Assembly (NCBI RefSeq): GCF_018350175.1 | Contig: NC_058368.1 | Span: forward strand, 108,874,001-108,938,000 | Length of the DNA: 64,000 bases | Direction of reading: 5' to 3' | Origin: Felis catus | Taxonomy: Eukaryota | Part shown: positions 51,397-64,000 of the stretch, in pieces | Position numbering within the stretch: the first letter of the stretch is position 1 | How the letters are laid out: the number at the start of each line of letters is the position of its first letter | Program-made: the position numbers and the translations under genes | The notes under the pieces: model-generated | Seen by the model: the letters and a program-made list of their open reading frames with translations, nothing else | What the model was told of the DNA's origin: nothing | Database searches by the model: none

Positions 51397-53145
51397 AGAC
51401 TAGGTATTTTGAGAACATCATCGAAGTAAAACAGCTCTTGAGCCCCACTGAAAATTACCTTACCAAATTCTCCTGACCATTGACACTGATGCATTAGAGC
51501 ATTGAGCCCTATGACTGTGGGAGCATTGAGACTTCGATAATCATCTCACAGCTGAGGAGTCTCCACCTGACATCTAGTGTGTAGAGATGCTGGAGACCTC
51601 CAAATCACATAGACAAGGGAGAGGAGAAGCTGACATCAAGGTAGACTGCTTCTGCCATAGATGCCAGAACAACATTTCATACTTCAATTAAACAGAATCT
51701 TTTCTTGTCTTCCTTTCCTTTACTCTGTAATTGGCCTGGAAAGAGAACTTGCTCATTTGTGTCTCCCAGACTATTGCTACGGGGGTAACCTTCCAGCCTA
51801 TTGGATTTGTCATCAAAAATTTTTATCTGTCCATGGTGCTAGAGACCCCCCCGGTCCACCCTGTGATGAATTTCTTTTCCTAATGTCACCATAAACTATA
51901 GTCGAACCCCATTAGTAGTCTCTTACCAAGTTCACCTTTGATGGCCAGAACAACCTGTGCTTTATTTTACCTTTCTTCAGTTATAACTGTATGCACCCAA
52001 TTAGATACAACTCCTTATATAAATCTTAGTACACTAGCACCCCATTTTTTCAGGATTATCTATATCAGATTTGCCACAACTCTCTAAGAGCTGTCACCAG
52101 CACCACCTATCTTTGCAAGGTATTGAGAATGACTCATTCTTTCAGGCTAGATTTTCTCCACATATGCATAGAAAACCTGATCTCTTGCTTGAATAGATAA
52201 ACACAGAAATCCTACCACCCTAATGGGAATGATTTGTGCCCTGACAGGGTTTGTCTATGTCTATGGTGGTTATTATTCTTGGGTCTATGAATGCCTAGGT
52301 TGTGGGAACATAGCTGAGCAATGCTTCTTAGGTTATCTAACTTTTCACAAAGAAACTTTTCACAAGGAAACTAGACATCTCAATGACCAACTTTCCTGGA
52401 TTTACATTGTCAAATTAGAAAGGAACTACCAGGAGGAATTCATGATTAAGGATTTGTTTCCTTTGACAGGGCCGTGTTCCCTGGTTAGGAGTAAGTGAAA
52501 ATGAAAATATGATCAAAACTCTTTCCTCGGGTACCTGGGTGGCTCAGTCGGTTAAGCATGCAACTCTTGATATTGGCTCAGGTCAGGATCTTATAATCAT
52601 GAGATCAAGCCTCAAGTTGGGCTGTGCACTGAGTGTGGAGCCTGCTTGGGATATTCTCTCTCTCTCTCTTTCTCTCTCTCATTCCCCCTGCCCTGTCCCT
52701 GCCCTGCTTGTGCACTCACTCTCTCTCAACATAAATAAACATTAAAAACAAAACAAACCCTCTCCTTTATTGTTGAAGATACTGCAGCATCTCATGCTAG
52801 GACAATAGCTTCCCAATAAAGATTCTCTAGACTCTCTGGACAAAGTTGTTATTAATAATAGAACAACTCTTGATTATCTTTTAGCTGAGCAAGGATGTGT
52901 CTGTGGTGTGGCTAACACTACCTGCTGTGTCTGGATTCACTCTGCTGGGGAAGTTGAAAGTCACTTACCTAAGATCACAGAATTAGTTGCTTGAATTAAA
53001 AAGGTGACTCCTTCAATGGAGTCTTTCTTTGACTTATTTGATTTTGATTTTGGGGGGGGGGGTCTTGGGGACTATAGTTCCAAAGTACACTCCAAACATT
53101 GGGAATTACCCTGCTTTTAGTAATGATAATAATCTTCCTGGTACC
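51397..53145 (+). mobile_element. ERV1 (gamma-type) internal remnant: integrase C-terminus and disrupted env
   Basis: KTALEPH*KLPYQILLTIDT (GPY/F-like) at ~51420-51490; SU-like YWICH at ~51800; TM immunosuppressive domain and CX6CC from 52824 (SLDSLDKVVINNRTTLDYLLAEQGCVCGVANTTCCVWIHSAGEVES); stops, frameshifts and a SINE at 52529. Confidence 0.88.
52529..52757 (+). mobile_element. Can-SINE inserted in env remnant
   Basis: Canonical head; TSD-like aaactctttcct / aaaccctctcct. Confidence 0.9.
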
Positions 53146-53982
53146 TATATTTTTATTGGAGCACTTAATCCATTTACATTCAAAGTAATTATTGATAGGT
53201 ATGCACTTATTACCATGTTGTTACTTGTCTTATAGTTGTTTTCGTAGTTTCTATCTGTTCCTTTGTTGTTCTCTTCCCTTGTGGTGTAATGACTTTCTTT
53301 AGTGTTATGCTTGGATTCCTTTCTCTTTATTTTCTGCTTGTTTACTACAGGTTATTGATTTTTGGTTACCTTTACATTTATATATAACATTCTGTACAGT
53401 CTATATTAAGCAGTCTATATATATTAAGATGATGGTTGCTAAAATTTGAACCCATTCTAAATCACTAAATTTGCACTCCTCTCCCACGTTTTATGTACAT
53501 GATGTCACACTTTATTTACATCCTATTATTTTGTAAATCTTTTGAGTTATTTTATTGCTTTTGTGCTATAACTTCTGGACTGGCTTATAAGTGATTATTA
53601 TTTTTGTTATGTTTATATGTACCTCTGAAATTTTTTCCTTTCCTAATTTTCTGACTCCTGTTTATGGTCTTTTCTTTCCACTCAAAGAATTACCTTTTAT
53701 TTAAGTTTCTTGAAAGACTGGTTTAGTGAATGAATTCCTTCAACTTTTGTTTTCCTGGCAAATTGTTTATCTCTCCTTCTATTCTGAATGATAGGCTTGA
53801 CAGAATATTCTTGACTGCAAGTTTTTCCCTTTAAGTGCTGTGAATATATCATGCCACTCCCTTCTGGCCTGCAAAGTTTCTGCTGAAAATTCAGTTGATA
53901 GCCTTATGGGGTTTGCCTTCTATGTAACTGTCTTCTCTTCACTTGCTGCTTTTAAAATTCTCTCTTTATCACTATTTTTGGT

Positions 53983-54098
53983 CTTTTTTTTTTTTAGTTA
54001 GTCTATTTATTTATGTAATCTTTACATCTAATGTGAGGCTCAAACTCACAATCCTGAGATGAATAGTCACATGCTCCTCTGAGCCAGCCAGGCACCCC
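53983..54098 (-). mobile_element. Short Can-SINE
   Basis: T run...gagccagccaggcacccc; TSD-like ttttggtc. Confidence 0.8.
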
Positions 54099-55705
54099 TA
54101 CTTTTGGTCATTTTACTTATTGTGTATCTTGCTGTGGACCTCTTTGGGGGATCTCTGTGCTTCCTGGATCTGGATTTCTGTTTCATTCCCCAGATTCAGG
54201 AAGTTTTCTTCAAATAAATTATTTCTTGAAATAAATTTTCTGCTCCCTGGGGATTCCTATAACACCAGTGTTATTACATCGGATGATATCCTGAGTTCCC
54301 TTAACATATTCAAGTTTTTATTCTTTTTTTATTTTTGCTGTTCAGTTTGGTTGCTTTCTATTACTCTGTCTTCCAGTTCTCTGATCCATTATTGTGCTTC
54401 CTCTAGTCTACTATTTATTCTCTTGAGTGTATTTTAAATTTCATTTATTGACTTCTCATCTCTGCTTCTTTTTCCTATTTTCTATCTTTTTGTTGAAGGT
54501 GTCACTATGATCATCCACTTTTTTCTCAAGTCCAGCAAGTATCTTTATGACCATTACTCTGAATTCTCTACCATGCATATTGCTTGTCTCCATCTCAGTT
54601 AGTTGTTTTGCCTTATTTTGTCCTGTTTTATTTGGGACATATTCCTCTGTCTCCTCATTTTGTCTAACTCTCTGCATCTGTTTCCATGTGTTAGGAAGGT
54701 CACTTATGTCTCCTCATCTTGAAAATAGTGACCTTATAAAGAAGAGGTCCTGTAGTCCTTTCCTGCATGATGTTACCTTCTTACCAGAACCTGATGCTTC
54801 AGGGGTGTCCCCTATGTGTTTTGTGTGTGCCCTGCTGTTGTGATTGAGCTGCATTTGCCTTCAGTCAACTTGGCTGCAATTGCCCTCTTTGCCTGTTGTG
54901 GGCAGGGTTTGGTCTGTGTGTGGTTAAAGGGAAATTCTGGGGCTGTCTTGGTCTTGTAGTTGGGTCAAACCAGATGCTTCCCCTCAGCCTATTTTTTGGA
55001 ACTGTGGTCACCTGGCACTTCAGGGCAGTCTCCCTTCATTGTCCCAAGAAAGGCTTTCATTGGTGAGTGAAGCCTGTGGAGACACCAGATGTCTGCTCCA
55101 GTCTGTCTGTTGGGGTTGCAGAGACCCTGAACTACAGGGCTCTTTGTGCTGCCTCCTGTGAGATTTTTGTTGGTGACAGGCTAGCAGTCAGATCAGATGT
55201 TTGCACCCAGCCCACTGCTGGGGATCCATTTAAACTGGTGTGTGTAGTTATCTTTCTCTCTCTAAGGGAAGAGTCAGTTTGGAGTGCTGCTAGTCACTAG
55301 CAGGTCTGCTTGCAGAATGAGATGCTTTGGAGGGACTCCTGCTGATTGGAGCAGGCTAGATGGGGCTGATCGGCAGGAGAATGTGGGAGCAGGGCACAGG
55401 GTGTTAGCAAGATAGGTTCACACTGGTTCCCAAAGGTGTCTGAATATCTAGGCTTGAGGGTGACGGTTGGGGAGAGAAATGATGTTAACCAGCTATTCTG
55501 TTCCCAGAGAAGTCTCTTAAAGATCCCTGCCTCTCCAGCAAAGTTCTGAGATTAGTAAATAAATCCCCTTCCCATATAATGCAAGTACTTTTAAAATGGC
55601 TGCTGCTTTGCTATATCTCAATGGAGTTGTTTGTTATGCTATCTCTTAAAGGGTGGGAACTATTTCCTGTTGCCCTCTGGCTCTCCCAGAGCTGAGCCCA
55701 CTGAG

Positions 55706-55933
55706 TTTTTTTTGTTGTTGTTTTTTTTTAAAGTTTATTTATTTTTGAGAGAATGAGACAGACAGAACATGAACGTGGGAGGGGCATAAAGAGAGGGAGA
55801 CACAGAATCTGAAACAGGCTCCAGGCTCTGAGCTGTCCGCACAGAGCTTGACGCAGGGCTTGAACCTAAAGCTGTGAGATCATGACCTGAGCCAAAGTGA
55901 GACGCTTAATTGACTGAGCCACCTGGGAGCCCC
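55706..55933 (-). mobile_element. Can-SINE
   Basis: Antisense SINE; TSD-like ctgagcc...tgagtttt. Confidence 0.9.
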
Positions 55934-56349
55934 TGAGCCTGTTGAGTTTTAAAGTTGCTGGTGTCAAGCCCCACTGATTGTAAAAGCTCAAGAAGATAAG
56001 CCCCTCTTGTTTTCAAAGCCAAATGTTACAGGGACTGTCTTCCCAGTGCAGGTCTCCTATTTCTGGGGTGCCTGATGTGATTCTGTTCCTCTCTGTTCTC
56101 CATGGTTGTGGTATCCCTTGAGTTTGTAGTTAGTCTCATAGGTTAGTTTGGTTCCCACCTGGGACTCCACCCTTCCTACCATTTTTTTCCAGTGTGGCCT
56201 CTTCTCTACAATTAACTGTGGAGAGTCTGTTCTGCCAGTCCTAGATTCGTTTTATGGGTTAGTTACAGTGATGTGGCTGTTGTCTGGGTGTATCTGTGTG
56301 AGGAGGTGAGCCTAAGATCTTCATACTCCACCATCTTCCCAGACTTCTC

Positions 56350-58095
56350 TCTGATTTTTTATACCTTCTTGAGTTTGGTTTGGTAATTGTACCTTTCTAG
56401 GATTTTTCCATTTTATCCAAGTTGTCTGTTCTATTGGCATGAAGATGTTTATAATATTGCCTTATAATCCCTTAAATTTCTGCATGGCCAATAGTGATGT
56501 TCTTTCTTTCATTCCTGTATGTTTGTGTGTATTTGTCTTTATCTGTCCATCTATTCTATTTTTAACATTTGGGTTCCTTTATTTTCTGTTTTTTTTCTGT
56601 TTTCTATTTCATTGTTTTCTGCTTTTATGCTTGTTATTTCATTTCTTCTGCTTGCTTTCATTACTATAATTTGCCCTTCTTTTTCTAGTTTCTTAAGGTA
56701 GAAGCTTAGGTTATTGATTTGACACTTTTCTGATAAAGACTCTTAAAGCTATAAATTTACTTTTAAGTATTGCTTTAAGCTACATCTCATAAATTTTGAG
56801 ATTTTATTTTTGTTTTTATCAAATTCAAAAATTTTATTTTTGTTTTTATTAAATTAAAAATATTTTCTAGTGTCCATTGCAAATTCTTCTGTGATCTATG
56901 GATTTTAGAAGTATGTTTTTCAATTTCCAAATATCTGAGGATATCCAGGATATCCTCAAAAAAAAGATATCCTTTTTTGCTACCTTTTAGTTTCTAATTT
57001 AATTTCATGTCATTGAAAAGCATTCTTTGTTTGATATAAACATTCTTTAAATTTTTTGAGACTTATTTTATGATTCAGCTTATGAAATATTCTGGAGAAT
57101 GCTTGTTTGAGAGGAATGTGTATTCAAGCACTGTTTGGTGGAATATTTTATAGATGTCAGATTGAATTGGTTGATATTGTAGGGGAATTAAAACTTCTAC
57201 CCTCTCAGGGTCTCTGGCTGGGCCTGAGAATCGTATTGATATAGAACAGACTAATGGGGAGAAAAGCATAGAGCTTAACATTTACATGGGAGCCCCCATG
57301 TGGAAATAAAGACCCAAAAGGTGGATAGGCTCAAGTGCTTATAAACCAGATTGAACAACGTAGCAGTTGTGGGAAACTAAAGTAAGTGGAAGACTAAAAG
57401 AAGGTAAGAGTTACTTTAACAAGGTCTGTTTGTATAGATTTGTCTAGGCCTCTATTCAGTCTTTGGTGATGAGAATTTTTTTTTTCTTCCTGGTATAGGA
57501 AGGGTGTCTTTCCCATTGGGAGTTTTATCTGCTGCTTTCAAGAAAAAAAGGAAAGGTCAGAATGCCTTTCTTGCATCTCTTGTTTTTCAAGTGTCTTTAG
57601 CTCAAAATAATTCTTATGCCAAAATGGCATATTTCGGGGTGCCATGTTCTGCTACTCTCCAGTAACATTGTTCAGATCTTCTATATTCTTGCTGATTTTC
57701 TGTGTAGTGTTCTATCAGTTATTAAGAATGAGGTATTCACATATCCAGCTACTGTTGAATTATCTATGTCAGTTGTTGCTTCATATATTTGGGGGCCGTC
57801 TATAAGTCTGTATACATTTATAATTGTGATATATTTCTGATATATTGACCCTGTTTACATTATGAAATACTCCTTTTTGTTTGTAGTAGTAGTTCCTGTT
57901 TTAAAATATATCTTGTCAGGTATTAATATAACCATTTCAGCTCTCTTATGATTGCTGTTTGCCTGGTATATTTTTTACTTTTCTTTTCCTTTCAAAATTG
58001 TCTTAAGATTATTTTAATTTTAGTGTGTTTTTTGTGTGCAGTATGTATTTAGATCTTGCTTTATTTATTCAAACTGAAAAACTCTGCATTTTGCT
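56350..58095 (-). mobile_element. Old L1 ORF2 fragment interrupted by an LTR
   Basis: T-rich antisense L1 ORF2-like sequence (gaagcttaggttattgattt, gctataaattt) resembling 27841-29200. Confidence 0.65.
57178..57661 (-). mobile_element. MER34-like ERV1 solo LTR
   Basis: Reverse complement start cagaacatggcaccccgaaatatgccattttggcataagaattattttgagctaaag matches the MER34-family LTR 5' end as recalled. Confidence 0.75.
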
Positions 58096-58791
58096 AATAG
58101 AAATCAAAGAAGTAGACTGATGGAGAATCTTGGGACAGGATTTTGAGATAGGATGTTCAAGGAAGGCCTCCTTGTGACAGTGACATATAAGTTGAAACCT
58201 AAGGATTAGAATGAATCCGAGTGTGAAGAGAGGAGGGGAAATAGCATTGTAGGTAAAGGGAACAAAATGAGTTATAAGACAGCTTGACGTTTTTGAATAA
58301 CTGAAAGAGAAGTATGGTACACAGGGAGAGAGGGGAACATGGGGACAGATGAAGTTAGAATGTTAAAAGACAGCAAGGCCATGCAGAGTCTTGAAGACTA
58401 TAATCAGGAGTTTATATTTTATTCAAAATATGCTATGGGAATTCCAGCAAAGATGACTAAGTGGGAGGGTCCTAGGCTCATGTCATCCCATAGATACAGC
58501 TAGATAATACCTACATCAGTGTAAGTAGCCAGAAAATGACCCAAAACTGACAGAACAGACTCTCCATAGCTAAATGTAGAGAAGAGACTACATCAAAAAG
58601 AATAGCAAGGGTAGAGATGCAGTCCTGAGCCAAACTGATCTGTGAGACTGTCCCTGGAGAGAGAGGGACACTGCAGACGTAGAGAAGAGCAGACCACCAC
58701 GCCAGGCACCCCAGACATGGAGGACTCTCACTGGGAAGACAAATCCATTTAAGATTTGGCTTTGAAAACCAGAGGGGCTTAACTTCCGAGG

Positions 58792-58990
58792 TTTTTATTT
58801 AAGTTTATTTATTTTGAGAGAGAGAGAGAATGAGCAGGGCAGGAGTGGGACAGAGAGAGAGAATCCCAAGCAGGCTCTGCAACATCAGCAGGGAGCCCAA
58901 CATGGGGCTTGAACCCACAAACCATGAGTTTATGACCTGAGCCAAAACCAAGACTTGGGCATTTAACCAATTGAGCCACCCAGATGCCCC
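58792..58990 (-). mobile_element. Can-SINE
   Basis: Antisense SINE; TSD cttaacttc(c/t)gag. Confidence 0.9.
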
Positions 58991-60733
58991 TTAACTTCTG
59001 AGTTCTTAAAACTAGTGGGGCTTAACAACTGGAACTTTAAATATCAGTGGGCTTGGCTCTGGGAAAGCTGAAAGATGAGAGTGCCCGGCCTTAAAAAGAC
59101 AGCATAACAAACAGCCTCGCTGAAGCAGCAGTTTGAAAAGCCTGGGGTGTATGGGAGGGATATTTGTTTATTAATCTCAGAGAATGTGCTGGAGGGGCAA
59201 GGATCTTTAGGTGACTTATCTAGAAACAAAGAGCTGGTGGGTGTCATTTTCTTCCCCTGTCCCCCAGCCTGTATATCGGCAGGAACCAGCATAGCACAAA
59301 CACTCTCCACCTAGCTTGCTAACTGCAGGCCCCACCGCCATGCTCTTTTGCAGATGCACCCACTCCAACCTGGCCTCTGCAGTAGTCTGTCCAAAGCAGT
59401 GCCACACAGGCAAGGCAGTATGCAAGCAGTCCCAATAGAGTTCAGCACCACCCCAAATTATCTTGCCCAGAAGAGAATGGAAGAAAACCACACACACCAA
59501 CTCACCTGTAGCCCCAACAGTGGGCTGGGGCCAGACATCTGATATGACTGCAGGCCCCACCCACCAATGAAAACTTTTCAGGGGACAACACAGTGAGAAC
59601 ACCTTGCACTTTGGTTCTACTGCAGCTCTGGCAAATGCCTAGTCTGACCCAAATCAAGTCCAGTTTAGCTTTAGACTAGCTCGCTAACGACATAGGGACC
59701 AAATCCTGCTCCTGGCAGGCAAAAGAGCGATGGCAGATGACTGAAGGCAAATATGACTCAGCCACAACAGCAGGTCTCAGGCAACACACACAGGAGATAC
59801 CCCTAAAATGCCAGGTTCTGGTGAAGAGGGGACACTGCCCTGCAGGATGCCACAGGGTCTCTTTCTCATACTTTCAAGATCAGGAGGCACTTTCTTAACT
59901 TGTAAAACCAGATGCAGAGATTTAGACAAATTAAGGAGACAGAAAAATATATCCCAAATGAACGAGACAAAATTACAACAACAGACCTAAATGAAATGAA
60001 GATATGTAATATGCCTGATATGGAATTTAATGTAGTGGTCATAAAGATACTCATTGGATTGAGAAAAGAGTGGAGGACTCAGACCCTTAACAAAAGAAGT
60101 AGGAAACATAAAAAGAACCAATCAGAGATGAAGAACTCAATAACTAAAATGAAAAATACACTAGGTGGAATAAACAGTAGACTACAGGAAACAGAAAATG
60201 TGTCAGCAGCTGGAGAACAGAGTAATGGAGCAAATCAAGCTGAATAAAAGAGAGAAAAGTAATAATAATAAAAATAAATTAAGTGAATTCAGTGACACCA
60301 TCAAGTATAATAACATTTGCATTAAAGGGATTCCATAAGGAGAAGAGAGAGAAAGGGGGACAGAAAATTTATCTGAAGAAATAAAAACTAAAAGCTTCCC
60401 AAATCTAGGGAAGGAAACAGACATCCAGATCCAAGAGGCACAGAGGGCCCTTGACAAAATGAACCCAGAGAGTTCCATAGCAAGACACACAGTAATTAAA
60501 ATGGCAAAAAGCAATGGCAAGGAGCTTTTTTTAAATCAGCAAGAGAAAAGAAGACAGTTATACAGAAGGGAAACCCCATAAGGCTATCAGCTGAAATTTC
60601 AGCAGAAGCTTTGCAGGCCAGAAGGAAGTGAAATGATATATTTGAAGTGCTAGAAGTGAAAAACCTGCAACCAAGAATACTCCAGCAAGGCTATCATTCT
60701 GAATAGAGGGAGTGATAAAGAGTTTTCCAGACA

Positions 60734-60955
60734 GGGGCACCTGGGTGGCTCAGTCAGTTAAGTGTCCGACTTCGGCTCAGGTCATGATCTCATGGCTTGT
60801 GAGTTTGAGCCCCATGTAAGGTTCTGTGCGACAGCTCAGAGCCTGGAATCTGCTTTAGATTTTGTGTCTCTGTCTCTCTCTGCCCCTCCCCTTCTCACTC
60901 TCTGTCTCTCTCTGTCTTTCAAAAATAAATAAACATTAAAAAAAATTTTTTTTTA
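60734..60955 (+). mobile_element. Can-SINE in L1 ORF1
   Basis: Canonical head; TSD aaaga(g/a)ttttccagaca. Confidence 0.92.
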
Positions 60956-62059
60956 AAGAATTTTCCAGACAAACCAAAGTTAAAGGCATTTATCACCATT
61001 TAGCCAGTCTTACAACAAAGTTAAAGGGGACTCTGAGTGGAAAAGAATGACTATAAATGGGAGAAAGAAAAGTAGGAATCACAAAAGCAGTAAAATTAAG
61101 TCTATCTATAAAATCAGTGAAGGGTTTCAAAAAATAAAAGGATGTAAGTTATGCATCATATACCTTAAATGTGGGGGAGAGGAATAAAACTCTATTGCTT
61201 GTAGAATGGTTCCAAACTTAAGTGACCATTAACTTAATATAGAATGCTATATGCATAAGCTGTTATATATAAACCTAATGGTAACCACAAATCAAAAACC
61301 AGTAATAGACAAAAAAAAAAAATGAAGAGAAAGGAATCCAAGTATATCACTAACGAAAGCCAGCAAGTTGTGAGAAAAGAGAGCAGAGAACAGAGAAAAA
61401 AACTACAAACTTTAGTATGGAATCATTTAAATATTTGAAGAAGAGAAGAAAGATGATCCAATTTATGGGTATTAAGTTGAATCTAAAGCCTGGTAAGCAA
61501 GAAATAACATTTCTGAAAATTTTTATTCAAATTAAATCTGACTTAGACCCTCTTTCCTGCTGTGGTGAGAAATTTGCTCTCAGTCATCATGGGGACTGAG
61601 TCATCAAAGACCCCAGAAAAACAGAAGGAAGGCCTCTAACTTTGACTTTGTCATGATCATTGCTAATAGTATGTAGATGTTTGTCCACATGCACAGTGCT
61701 TTGTTAAAAAGATGACAATTTTCTGCTTTTGTGCCACCCGGGGGTTCAGGAATCCTGGTCCTTTTGGTACACCACAGAACCATCAATTCTGAGTTCTAAT
61801 TCTTTCTTAGAGTTACTGTTTGTGAGGGTAGTACTCAGTTCTCTTAACTAGACTTTTGTCTTTTTCTTCCCTTTACCAATGTTTTGTTTTGTTTTGTTTT
61901 GTTTTCAGAAGTTACTCGTATTGTCATCATAAGCCCTGAGCATAGTCTCACTTAGATTTTTACAAAAGACAGGAAGAGCAGTTATTTCTGATTAGCTTCT
62001 GTGAAGAGAAATAAACCAGCCTAAGGGTATAGAAAATACTGGAATATAGTATTTTATAG

Positions 62060-62600
62060 AGAAAGAACATGAATGCCCTTTTTTGGTAAGTGACTTTTGA
62101 GTACAGTCCTGAATGCAATAAAGAAAAGCATTTCAAGCACAAGGAATAATAAATATAAACTACCTAGGGATGAAGAATAGTTGATGTTTTTGAGGAATAG
62201 TAAAGGACAGGTCATTGGAATGGACAAGGAAGGATGGAGGGGTTTAGTAGATGAAGAAGCCATATGCCAGAGCATGGAGGGCCTTGCAGTCTGAGGCAAG
62301 GACTTCAGGATTTTGCTGTGAGGGAGACCATGGAGGATCACTTCTGGTTCCTCCGTGAAGAATAGACTATAGAGGCAGAAAGGTAGAGGAAAGCACTGCT
62401 AAGGAACTATTGCATTTATTCAGGAGAGAGGTTATAGTAGTTTGGATGAGAGTGGTTATGGTTAAAGTAATAAGAAATGATTGCATTTGGTATACACATT
62501 AAAGATAGAGGTGATAGTTAAGGGATTGCATGTGTATCACAAAAGGAGAAGAAAAGTTGAAGATGAATCAATGGCTTTTTGGTTGAACAGGTTGAATAGT
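62060..62600. mobile_element. LINE-2 fragment
   Basis: tttgaggaatagtaaagg...aaggacttcaggattt...gaagaatagactatagaggcag...ctattgca...caggagagag, an L2-type purine-rich pattern. Confidence 0.55.
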
Positions 62601-62697
62601 GTGCACTGGGAATTGAATAAAAAATAATACTTATAATATATTGTGATACCTGGTACAAAGTGCTCAGTACTTAGTAGGCTTTAAAGACATTTGTCCT

Positions 62698-63655
62698 TGA
62701 CATATCAGACAAAGGGCTAGTATCCAAAATCTATAAAGAACTCACCAAACTCCACACCCGAAAAACAAATAATCCCGTGAAGAAATGGGCAGAAAACATG
62801 AATAGACACTTCTCTAAAGAAGACATCCAAATGGCTAACAGGCACATGAAAAGACGCTCAATGTCACTGGGAAATACAAATCAAAACCACACTGATACAA
62901 AACCACAGTGATACACTGATACACTGGGAAATACAAATCAAAACCATACCACCTCACGCCAAAGTGGCTAAAATGAACAAATCAGGAGACTATAGATGCT
63001 GGCGAGGATGTGGAGAAACGGGAACCCTCTTGCACTGTTGGTGGGAATGCAAACTGGTGCAGCCGCTCTGGGAAACAGTGTGGAGGTTCCTCAAAAAATT
63101 AAAAATAGATCTACCCTATGACCCAGGAATAGCACTGCTAGGAATTTACCCAAGGGATACAGGAGTGCTGATGCATGGGAGCACTTGTACCCCAATGTTT
63201 ATAGCAGCACTTTCAACAATAGCCAAATTATGGAAAGAGCCTAAATGTCCATCAAGTGATGAATGGATAAAGAAACTGTGGTTTATATACACAATGGAAT
63301 ACTACTTGGCAATGAGAAAGAATGAACTATGGCCTTTTGTAGCAACGTGGATGGAACTGGAGAGTGTGATGCTAAGTGAAATAAGCCATACAGAGAAAGA
63401 CAGATACCATATGTTTTCACTCTTATGTGGATCCTGAGAAACTTAACAGAAGGCCATGGGAGAGGGTAAGGGGGAAAAAAAACTTACAGAGAGGGAAAAA
63501 TACTGAGAACAAACTGAGAGTTGATGGGTGGTTGGGGGGAGGGGAAAGTGGGTGATGAGCATCGAGGAAGGCACCTGTTGGAATGAGCACTGGGTGTTGT
63601 ATGGAAACCAATTTGACAATAAATTTCATTAAAAAAAACAAAGATGAAAAAAAAT
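62698..63655 (+). mobile_element. 5'-truncated young felid LINE-1 3' end
   Basis: ORF 62964..63437 is the ORF2 C-terminus (HCWWECK...MFSLLCGS*), followed by 3' UTR, AATAAA and A tail. Confidence 0.95.
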
Positions 63656-64000
63656 ACCTAGTATCCAGGCCCTAGCCTATGACCAATAGGATCTTTTGAA
63701 CTGAGGTCAGGTAAAGCTTTAACCTGTTAATGATAGGCTTTAGCATAAGACATTAAAGATCGACAGTAGCTGGCTATATTAGCAGGGGATAACAGAAGAC
63801 CAACAGAAGGTTGTATGACAACACACAATGGTCTAAGGGTGACTATCTCATATGGCGTGAATTTTATGTTTCCCAAAGAGGGTACTGTGAATATTCAGCA
63901 GAGCTAGAGATAATACTCAAGGCAGTATAGTATAGTTTTGATAGGGAAAAATCTGTTACAAGATGGCCAACAGGACTGCTAAGGGAATTCCAGTCCCTGC

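Larger units (their letters stand above)
53145..56345 (-). mobile_element. Older carnivore L1 5' half (5' UTR, ORF1, start of ORF2)
   Basis: Reverse complement begins gggaagatggtggagtatgaagatcttaggctcacc at ~56340; ORF1-like ORF 54456..54677; ORF2 start-like sequence at ~53150-53225. Confidence 0.8.
58440..61410 (+). mobile_element. Older carnivore L1 5' half (5' UTR and ORF1), 3' truncated
   Basis: aagatgactaagtgggagggtcctaggctca 5' end; ORF1-like ORF 59912..60247 (MPDMEFNVVVIKILIGL). Confidence 0.8.

Noticed and set aside
51661..53145. Domesticated env/syncytin gene
   Set aside because: Multiple stops and frameshifts, a SINE insertion, a mutated CxxC and a truncated TM.
1882..60955. tRNA genes
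   Set aside because: All tRNA-like heads belong to Can-SINEs with CT tracts, A tails and often TSDs.
53145..61410. Head-to-head L1 5' halves as a bidirectional promoter or palindrome
   Set aside because: Both are old, CpG-depleted and only family-level similar; independent insertions explain them.
61604..61786. ORF containing ...MTKSK followed by gttag, considered as the upstream P4HA2 exon ending AKPK
   Set aside because: Similarity is limited to a few residues; the conserved core (APFKEEDEWDSPHIVRY) is absent.
1..64000. Remaining short ORFs in the ORF track; CRISPR arrays or prokaryotic systems
   Set aside because: The short ORFs are SINE, L1-antisense or low-complexity translations. There are no regularly spaced repeat-spacer arrays, and the DNA is mammalian.

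Overview
Mammalian genomic DNA, almost certainly felid (tRNA-derived Can-SINEs of the cat type, carnivore and cat-type LINE-1s). Most of the window is retroelement-derived: one full-length young L1 with TSDs, one full-length older carnivore L1, several truncated or nested L1s, about 30 SINEs, solo ERV LTRs, MaLR LTRs and an LTR-less ERV1 pol/env remnant. I found no intact protein-coding gene. The main non-obvious content is a minus-strand, intron-containing, disabled copy of a prolyl 4-hydroxylase alpha subunit gene most like P4HA2. It has six recognisable coding exons between 5651 and 25325 plus a P4HA2-like 3' UTR, and the ORF track largely misses it. Its Fe-binding residues are altered and its upstream exons are much more diverged than its last exons. 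A NIPA2 processed pseudogene sits in one of its introns. Two inverted young L1 copies about 30 kb apart share the same inactivating lesions, suggesting gene conversion or a defective L1 lineage. All homology calls rest on my recollection of reference sequences, not on searches, and repeat boundaries without TSDs are approximate.
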